NCBI GenBank assembly: GCA_003344405.1
Contig: NOWV01000031.1
Span: 434,001-498,000 of the forward strand
DNA length: 64,000 nt
From: Trichoplax sp. H2
Taxonomy: Eukaryota
Direction: 5' to 3'
Shown: one piece after another, positions 54,315 to 64,000 of the stretch
Layout: each line of letters starts with the position of its first letter
How positions within the stretch are numbered: position 1 is the first letter of the stretch
Notes under the pieces: model-generated
Told to the model about the DNA's origin: nothing
Databases searched by the model: none
Seen by the model: only the letters and a program-made list of their open reading frames with translations
Translations under genes and position numbers: made by a program

Positions 54315-55445
54315 CTTTCAACAGAAATATTATATAAAATAAGCCGCAACGATACCAATCAAGATAAAATTATAGTCGAGATGGGTATTCTTAAAACTGG
54401 AATCAAGAAATTTTTATTTCATTGTCATCGAGAAATTGACAATCGTAGGATAATATACCCTATCAATGTTTTGAGCTTAAACCATTTCTAGTCTCTTGAT
54501 AAATGGTTAAGATAAAATGCAAGGATGACTGATGGTTTCTGTTTTACAACAATTTGTCTACGTAATAATACCATCACGCAACTATAGTGTTATATCGTAC
54601 TGTTCTGTCTATAATAAATCAATCACGATTTCAAGACCATTTAAGATATTCATTTATAGATTAATTTACAATTTTGTCAATTGGACTTTGGACTCTTTCG
54701 TCGATATTCTTTTTGACCAATAAAACTTTATTAGAAGTCATGTTGATGATCTGGGAATCTATTTAGATTAAAACCTAGGCATTATCATTAAGATCTCATT
54801 AATTAATTGTAAATCTAAAAAGTATTTTGTATTGCTTAATTCTATCCTACCAGGCGACGATCAATGGCAATGATACTTGATTCTTTCTTTCTATTTAATC
54901 TGCTAGGATAAAACAGGCAGTAATTACGGCATAAAAGTACTCGGAAATGAATCAATTTAATTACAATCAACTTGACATTTCACGGTTCTGCAATCAATTT
55001 AAAACTTTAAATTTATCTTATCAATAAATTACAGGCCAGGATGGAATAAAGTTTCAAGTGAGAAAGAGTAACATTACCCCAGAGCGATATTTGCCTAACT
55101 TAGATCTCTAGGTCTCTGAAGGTGTTTTAGATAGGCAGTTTTTTATTTCGATCTTAGTCATAATGTCAACAGATTTATTCAAATCACTATTTTAAGTAGA
55201 TTTTACTTGAGACTTCATGGATTTCAATACCAATTTAAATTACGGATTCAACTTATTTTATCATTCAATAGCAGGAATTATAAGACATTATTTAAGTTAA
55301 TAAAATGAAAGAACGAACCAATCGAATAATTTTAGTATTTTACGCTTAATGGATTTCCTCGGAATTATACAGTAATATTCGCTAATTTACCTACTTCCAC
55401 AATGTGTATGCCTCTTAACATCCCTTCATTGAACAAGAGAATTGA

Positions 55446-56671
55446 AATAAATCGGATAAGGTTGAATTAACGCTGTTGCCAGTACATTACAGATGCTAAA
55501 TGAGCAGTTTCTTTCAATCAGTATTATGACATCGGCTATCTATTTCTATTTGCCGTTATTAAGCCGATTCGACAAAACGTTTTTACTAAATTTGCTATTA
55601 ACTTAAAACAATTGTTCGTATTATCGCTCAGCAACTAGCTAATATAGGATATATTCAAGTTATTAAAATTGCAAAAATTAAACGCTTAAGCAACACTAGT
55701 GCAAACTCCCGTCGCTTTGCTGACGGTTTACGATAATGTGCTCATTTAACAGATAGTATTACCATTTGATAGACCTATCAGAGGTTCAGTAATTTTTTAC
55801 CGTGTACTCTGTATTAATTGGTAGTTAAGCATGCACCATGTAAGACCAATATTAGATTTAACTTAAGATTTCATCACACTACAAAGTATTAGATGAGTAA
55901 TTTATTTCTACCAAGATCCCAGTACCAACTATTTAAATTTGTATATAAAATCACTGTTTTTGTATCGATAACACGGTGTTTTTATATAAAATTGCAGAGT
56001 GTAAAGTTTAATTTAATTAACTAGGTCGCCGATATATTAATATTCGAAGCATAGGTAGTTTACTTTAATCGGAGTCATAACATCNNNNNNNNNNNNNNNN
56101 NNNNAATAAATCGGATAAGGTTGAATTAACGCTGTTGCCAGTACATTACAGATGCTAAATGAGCAGTTTCTTTCAATCAGTATTATGACATCGGCTATCT
56201 ATTCCTATTTGCCGTTATTAAGCCGATTCGACTAAACGTTTTTACTAAATTTGCTATTAACTTAAAACAATTGTTCGTATTATCGCTCAGCAACTAGCTA
56301 ATATAGGATATATTTAAGTTATTAAAATTGCAAAAATTAAACGCTTAAGCAACATTAGATAGTTTAGTTACTGGTACTCCATATTTAATTAGTTTACTTA
56401 ATTGGTAGTTAAGCATGCACCATGTAAGACCAATATTAGAATTAACTTGAGATTTCATCACACTACAAAGTGTTAGGGGAGTAATTTATTTCTAACAAGA
56501 TTCCAGTACCAACTATTTAAATTTGTATATAAACTCACTGTTTTTGTATCGATAACACGGTGTTTTTATAAAATAAAATTGCAGAGTGTAAAGTTTAATT
56601 TAATTAACTAGGTCGCCGATATATTAATATTCGAAGCATAGGTAGTTTACTTTAATCGGAGTCATAACATC
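55446..56671. repeat. Duplicated segment of about 600 bp across a 20-N gap (probable allelic haplotypes)
   Basis: 55446-56084 is nearly identical to 56105-56671 except SNPs and one replaced internal block. Gap at 56085-56104. Confidence 0.8.
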
Positions 56672-57649
56672 GATATAGCTTTATCACCATAGCTATGCTT
56701 ATTATTGAGCGATTCTTTCATTTTACTGCATGTAAGATCAGTTTTAGGTTTATACTCCTCCCGTTACAGCCGTAAAATTCTTTGTCATTACGAATGCTTC
56801 TTGATTTCTACGAGATTTATCTTCAATCCTATCATTGGTCTAAAACATGGCGTGATTTTATATTCTGCCCTTCCTATCAGCTAGAACTGTTTATCAATCT
56901 ACGGTAAGATCAATTTCAACTCTGTACAAATTGTAGAATTAAAGAATGTAACTGTAATAACAAAGCTATCAAGTTAATCAAGAACTACCTTATCGTAGTA
57001 ATTTAATTACCGGTACTGTAACTTCATTTAGTCGTACAACTTATAACAATCCGAAATAGGTTCGATATTGACAGCAGCAGTCAATCAGTCTGGACCAGTA
57101 TGATCGCTGGTGCTCTGATGTAAAGTAAAACTTTGGTATTTTGCTATTTGGATCGTCTTTAAATGAGTAGAACTAGAGAGTTAAGCTACACTAATATAGC
57201 AATCAATCTCACGAAAATATTTACCGGTGCTTCGATGACTCTATTACGGTACATACAGTATACGTCTAGAAATTTTACACATTTTTACTCGTCCTTTCCC
57301 TTGAAGTCACTTATCAATATGGAATCAGTTTCAAGTGAGTAGAACTGAATAAGTAAACTAGAATAATAAAATAATCGATTATAATTATCTTCGTTGCCGG
57401 TATGAAAATTTTCTACTCTACTAATCCTTTCACTAAAAATCGGTTGCCTACGCAAAATCCATTTCAAGTTTGTAGAACTGGAAAATTAAACAACAGTAAG
57501 ACGGCAATTGATTCTTGAATAAGAGACTGATGGTATAGGCCGGAAATCCGAGAATTACAAATGAGTTAAATAACTCCAATGGAAATTCTATTGCTACGTC
57601 AAAAAGTTTGCTTACACTTTCCGTCTATCGATACCAAGGAAACGAGAGG

Positions 57650-58030
57650 CAACAATACTATTTACGTCTTTTTAGCAACGTCCACAACTCTTCCAGTAAG
57701 CTTTACTTTACGAATCGGACGACGTGATAGGTAATTTAAGAGGTAGAACAAGCTTTAAATAACTTAATTTCCTTGACAAATGGCCTTGATAGTAATCTAA
57801 AGTCGATTTAGCAATGAAAACAGGCAAGAACTTCCAAATGTTCTCGTCAACATTCGTCGGCCGCTAATAATATCTGACTAAGTTCCCACCTCCCGATTGA
57901 GACCACGTGATCGTTAGTGTACGCGTGCGCAGTCGTTAGCAGATGGACGGTAGAGTGGACGACGGGCTACTACCCTACACTGGCCGGGATCGTATTTCGA
58001 GTTGAATTTATTCTTCATCCCCTTGAGGTT
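57650..58030. promoter_or_regulatory. CpG-richer patch between divergent genes; candidate (bidirectional) promoter
   Basis: Local rise in GC and CpG, E-box CACGTG at about 57904 and ACGCGTGCGCA at about 57921, lying between the 5' ends of copy 4 (minus) and the plus-strand gene. Confidence 0.3.
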
Positions 58031-59449
58031 TTAAATAATATAGGTTATACTTTAGTAGTTTAAGTTAGCTTAAGTATTGTTTTGATAGACTGAATAGAAG
58101 GAGCTGGCAATTCTATGACTATGATTGATAAATTCAAACAAAACGTTGAAATTTTATTCCTATGTACGGTACAAAATGATATGGTAAGGAAATTTCGCCA
58201 ATGGATATTATGCCATTGTCGCATATTGGGCAGCTATAAGTAAAAGAGGTGGAATAACGGGTAATTTTCACCTAATCAAGCTAAATTATAGAGATTGACG
58301 AGTAGAAACTATGCCATAACTACCAGAGTATGAACCAAGTTTACAGAGCACTTGATAAGATAGATTACTTATCAGCCAGGAAAAGAGTGGAAAACATTAT
58401 ACTCTCTCGCATTTTGCCGATAAGCAAAATTCCGAATTAATGAATTAGCGTCTGGTTATTTCGTGAAGTGAAAATGGTAAAAACTGCAAGATAATTGTGG
58501 CATTCATACAATAAGCCAACAGGCATTAGTGATGATACAATAGTCCTTCTATTATGTATTGAATATATACCCTGAGAAATGCAGTTGTACCAGTATTTTA
58601 CAGCTGTTTTCACATGCATTTAGCAACAGTCATCAATTCCAATTGAAATCGTTATAGAGCCATTTATTACAGTGAAATAACTTTGAAATGATCAAGATGA
58701 ATATTAGTCATATTGATATCCTTGTTAGACTGATTGATAGTAGATTTTTATTTTACAAGTATAATACTTTTACTAGTTTCATCAGTAGCGTATTAATAAT
58801 AACCTCTCAAGTACACTATATGTAAGTTAACTATTTAACTTTTACTAATGTACAGTGAATAACGGTTACTACTTCAAACTCGAGCTGCTACAGTGCCGTT
58901 TATTGGATTAGAATAACTATAAAAGGATTAAATGTAGATTAATGATAATGGTATCGCTAGTATAATGATTCATAGCGAATTTTTCATTTTATAATAGTAG
59001 CAACTTTACCCGATAATTTAAATATAATCAGAGAATCATTCAGTAACCACGCTCACAAATGTAAAAGTTATACTTTAAGTAAGACCGCTATCACGTATAT
59101 TAGCAACGGCTACTGCTTCAAATAAACAGTAAAAACAAATATTAATTCAGTAGCTATTTTTGCTATAGTATCAAGAAGCCACAGATCAATTCGCCTTGAT
59201 TGTAGTTCTTTCCATGCTGATCTTTAAACTGTAATTTAATGTATAACATCGCAAGAAATTTGATAGTACTTATATTACCGATACTAATTCAATCCTTAAA
59301 ACACTGTAAATATCATTTGCGATCAAACACTACGAAATAATGCTAGTAAATACAAGAATTGACAGTCATCATGTAGCAATCTATTCATCCTCATCTCTTG
59401 CAAATAAATACCATACAAAGGAGAGGCAATCAAACCACCTTCAGTAACC

Positions 59450-60330
59450 ATACGTTGAACAATAACTTGAAGAATAAAATAATACACAAGTATTCTCAGG
59501 AATCTAAAGTATTCTATTCGTAATATAGATTACTAGGCAATGTCTACAGCAAATCGCCTTATCCCTACAAATAGACACTATTTAATTGATAGACAATCAA
59601 CCCACTTTTATAAGCCAGAGTTAGAACAAACAACTTGGAGAATAAATAAGTGCACTAGTAATCTTGAGAATATAGCGTATTCTATCCATGATTTAAATTG
59701 CTAAGCAATGCTCAGTCTAGGTCATCTTATTCCCAGAAATTTATCCTATCATATATATATATATATATGTAGACCTTATCAATCATACCTAATAGCTAGA
59801 CAATCACATCAATTACACTAATCGTGTAAATTTATACTAGCGCATATTATAAGGCATATCTATTATATAATTCAATAGATAGGCTATAAAATCATGTTCA
59901 ATATGCATGCCTTGAGCAATTCTTTGCAGAATGGAATAATATACAATTACTCTTAAGAATTGGTTCTTCTAATCAAGGCGCATATTGCTAGCCTATACCA
60001 TCTTATTCCCTACTAACCCATTCCATACAATCCTGTCCAATTGATAGGCAATCGGAACACTTCCATTAAACATCCATTAATAATAACTCGAAGAAAAAAA
60101 TAATATACAATTCCTCTCAAGAATCGATAGCATTCCACTCATAATATAGATTACTAGCCAATATCCACATTAATTCGTCTTATTCCAAATAAATAGATAC
60201 TATTCAATAGAAAGTCAAACTACTGTACTTTCATTAAACGAGACGTTGAATAATAACTCGAAGAATAAAATAACTATTCAAATACTCAAAAGAATAGAAA
60301 GTATTCCTTTTATGAAGTATATTGTTACCC
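59450..60330. repeat. Degenerate tandem repeat, unit about 170 bp, about 5 copies, with a short (AT)n tract at about 59750
   Basis: AATAACT(C/T)GAAGAA-like motif at about 59461, 60082 and 60252, with weaker copies at about 59631 and 59925; TAATATAGATTACTAG shared by two units. Confidence 0.65.
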
Positions 60331-61192
60331 AGTATCTATTCTATATGGTCTTTACGTACTTAGTTCATTATTTGAAGTAGAACTACTCTATCACCTGGAA
60401 AAGCTGCTGGTAATAATAGCAATGATACCGTCAGGAGAAGTAAAATGATGACAATAACGTTTACAATATCAAATCAACAATAATATATTATCTCACAAGC
60501 AATAAAGTAATTAATATTAACAATAACTCGATAAAATAACCAAGACAGTAGAGAAATGACTCTAACCAATCATACGGCAAGTAAAAACTAGTCAATACCT
60601 ATCTTTTATTGATCAGTAGATTGAAGACTGCCATCAACAATATCCAGACATGGATATTGCATGAAGTTAAAGTCAATAGATACTTTTAATTTGATTTCGC
60701 GTGGGTTGTTTATTGATATAGAATTTATATTTCTATTGAATATTGAAACTGCTAGATTCAAGTGTTCATGCGCATACTTGCATAGACATTTGTTTAATCC
60801 ATCTGTTTTGCTTTTCCGGCATGGTATTACCGTCTTGGCTACTTTTCAATCCCATTCAGTAGCTTTAATTGCCTTGATTTTCATGTAGGGATCGATTTTC
60901 ATCATCCGTATTGCATAAACTATCTTTGATAAGTCGATTATGGTGATGAGAACATAATCCTCTACACCTAGACCAATTTTATTTGCTGCTACTGTTTCTT
61001 TTTTGAAAGCTAGATTTGAATATTGTTATTGTCTTTACATTAGTTTCTTTTATTGGCCGTTTCGTTCCCTCTGGCTTCGTTTATCTTTAGTGTCTATTTT
61101 AACTCATCAAAATCTCGTAACTTGGAATTCTTTTAACCATCGATAACTCATTGATTAAAAGTTTGGCTAGTCAGCTTTAACGGCAAATCAAG

Positions 61193-61289
61193 ATGGGCAA
61201 GAATAATGATTTTATCAATGCTATCAAGTGCGGCGATATCCGATTAATTAAAGAAGAACTCAATACTCATAAGCGATCAGCATTTAAAG
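61193..61289 (+). CDS. First coding exon of a divergently oriented gene, probably a CASKIN/ANKS1-like ankyrin scaffold
   Basis: ATG in AAGATGG context; MGKNNDFINAIKCGDIRLIKEELNTHKRSAFK followed by donor G|GTAATA. Resembles the MGKEQELVQAVK / MGKEQELLEAAR N-termini of caskin/ANKS1. No downstream exon recognised inside the window. Confidence 0.5.
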
Positions 61290-64000
61290 GTAATAAAATA
61301 CATCATGTTATCTACTCCTTAAACAAATTCTATCGTGGCTTCATCATGTTATCCAATTACTGTAAATACGTTTTGGTATTGTTAAAGCAATTTGCAGCTT
61401 TTTTTATTTGTCATCTCAACTAAAGCAGTTTGTTAGAGAGCAAAGGGGAATTTTTGCTCATGATGAAAGCTATACTATGTGAAATAACTCCATTTAATAC
61501 TAAACAATAAGATCGAAAGAATTCCTTCCATGAGTAGTGAGAACTATTTTACAATAATGACTTTAATTATCCAATCCTCTCGTGATATTTCAAAATACTG
61601 TGAGAAATTGTATATACTTGATGGCTAAAAAATCATGCCTATCGATATTTGGCCAAGACATTAAACAATTTCAGTCATTTCGCTACTTCCTTTCATTTGT
61701 AGTATCCTTCATGGATGCCATCAATCCACTAAGTTGTCGTTAATCAAATTTTCAATATCCTCTTATAGAATGAAATGGTGTAGAATATTACTGCGAGTTA
61801 CTAGGTTCTTTATTATCCCATTTTGTTGTCAACAATCGTGTCTATTTTATGATTGAAAAAACATCGATCGTTACTGAATCATGAAATTAAATCATTTTGA
61901 TCATTTTGCTCTTTTCTTTCATTTGTAATGCCTTCTATGAATATCTTCAATCTTTTACGTTCTCGCTAATCTGATTTTCAACTTTGGTGCTATAAAATGA
62001 GGTGTTACAGAAAACTGTAGGAAGTTGTGTCAACTTTTTATTATCAGCAAAGCTTAATGATAATTAGATCAAACGACTTGTGCCATTTCCATCGTTTTGC
62101 TACATTCGTCGAATGGTACGCCATGATGATGACTGTTATTAATCTCATGCAGTTTATTGTAACTGAATAACGTACTAACATTCCATCAGCTTTAATTTTT
62201 ATTGCTTTTGATTTGAAAATTCATATCGAGAAACGTGCCATAACGTAATTTCGTAGGTGATTATGTCAACCTTTTTTGATTGAAAGAAAATGTTCAATAT
62301 ACTATACGGCTCTAAGAAATGGAACCATTTTAAAAATTTCTGTCTACAGATAGAATAAAAATTGTCCTTGTGATCATTCTTATTGATTGAATGGCGTAGA
62401 TCAATGCGCTTGGATGGTGTATAGTCTTAGAATAAGCAGCAACAGTATTCTACATTGCTTTAACTTTTACATAACATGAATTTGAAGTCCATACTATAAA
62501 ATATGATATTACAAATGCTGCAGATAGTTCTGTCAATATTATGATTGAAAGAATTTTCTTAACGGGAATTGGCACTAAAAATATTATACTTTTCCGATTT
62601 CCCCTGAGTACTTATCAAATGCCATGGTGATCAATATTATTCCTTGCTTAGAGTAGATTTTACCGGTAGGATGGATATATACTTAATCTTGTTACTAAAC
62701 AGTGCCAATGTTATGTTCGCTCTAATTTCTAGTTGACTGTAATATAAAATCTTTTCTGTAATACGTGATAGAACAGAATGCTATCTGCAGTTGTATCAAC
62801 ATCGTTATTGAAAGAAATAATTAACGGGGACTTAGCGCTAAGGAATTTTACCATGCTGATCTTTTCTCAGTACGTGTTAATAGACAAGCCATTACATGAT
62901 AACCGATTTATTTATCGTATGGAATGGAATTTTACGAAAAAATTCGAGTTAAAGGGTGCCGAGATTCCGTTCATTTTATTTTCTATCAAACCTAAATTAA
63001 AAATCCACATTGTAAATCGTAATAAAGTAGAAAGTTACGGGTAGTTGTGCTAATGATATGATTGAAAGAAGTCGTTATAGCCATTTCGATGGTACCTTTG
63101 AAGTCGTCGAATGGTATAACATTCTGATCAATATAATCGATTATTGTAGTTTACAGTGTCTATTTTGATTTCTACTTAAAAAATACCTTAGAGAATTTTT
63201 GTATTCGAGTAATGGAAATTTCAAGCTAACTGAGTGTATATAATTAATACTGTCACGATGATTATTTATTCACTACTGAAATAGGATACTCTAAGTCAAG
63301 TTGAATATGTGTATACTCTTGTACTGACACAAATTTTAAGTTTTATATCTATCATTGGAAGCCATCACTTTTAACTATTGTCCATTCAAATTTTTATTAA
63401 ATCTCTATTACGCTTAAAATGCAAAAGTATATAGGAGACCTTAAGTTTCTGATTCTGAACAAGAACTGATCTATTTCGCATTGAAAGAATGGCTTAACGG
63501 TATCCTATCTAGCTATACTCGTAGTCAATATATAAATCGGGATGTTCTCAGCTTTACGAATGATCTGATTCAAGCGGAAATCAAAATTGATAAATTACAA
63601 CTGTGAATAGTAGTGATAAAAATTTTATGCCTTCACCAATATCACAAGATACATCACTCTTTTCGTAACTTATATGAGTATTTATAAATCTCGTATTCAG
63701 GGTGAACTGAATGATTAAATCGTAATTATTAAAAGTATCTTGCTAGCACTTCTACCATAACACATTTTATTTATTGTTAGATATATTAGCTCGTTCAGGC
63801 ATAAAATGATTATAATCATTAATTGACGTTATAAATTCTAATCTTGAGAAGCTAGTCCCTACATCTGACTGGACAGAATTTTAGCCAATCACGAATCTAT
63901 AATTATCTTAGGATATCCTGATACAAAAAATATTAAATGTATGCAAGCTATGCTCAATCATTACGATGGTCACCTTAAATCTGATAGGATAAAGCAATTT

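Noticed and set aside
62778..63044. 88-aa plus ORF as a later exon of the plus-strand gene
   Set aside because: No ankyrin motif or convincing splice signals; likely intronic.

Overview
AT-rich, intron-dense eukaryotic (animal-like) genomic DNA; the style fits a compact-genome early-branching animal such as a placozoan, but this is inference only. The window is dominated by a head-to-tail tandem array of four minus-strand TRPA1-like channel genes (about 17 ankyrin repeats, linker, six-TM TRP domain with MMxGELDY filter, GLAVGDI gate and TRP-like helix, C-terminal coiled coil). I spliced them by hand through GT-AG introns. Copies 2 and 3 have 27 coding exons with open frames (about 1,080-1,100 aa). 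Copy 4 is open from exon 2 to the stop, with its start unresolved. Copy 1 runs off the left edge after exon 21. The paralogs differ at known functional sites: all lack the canonical electrophile cysteines, copies 1-3 carry a CxC instead, copy 4 has lost both glutamates of the S2-S3 Ca2+ site, and the S1-S2 loop is hypervariable. A deletion scar of a probable fifth paralog lies between copies 1 and 2. Also present: three solo-LTR-like elements (two with perfect 5-bp TSDs, one next to its empty-site allele), a GC-rich palindrome-array insertion, degenerate tandem repeats, two probable haplotype duplications at N gaps, and the first exon of a divergently oriented, probably CASKIN/ANKS1-like gene.
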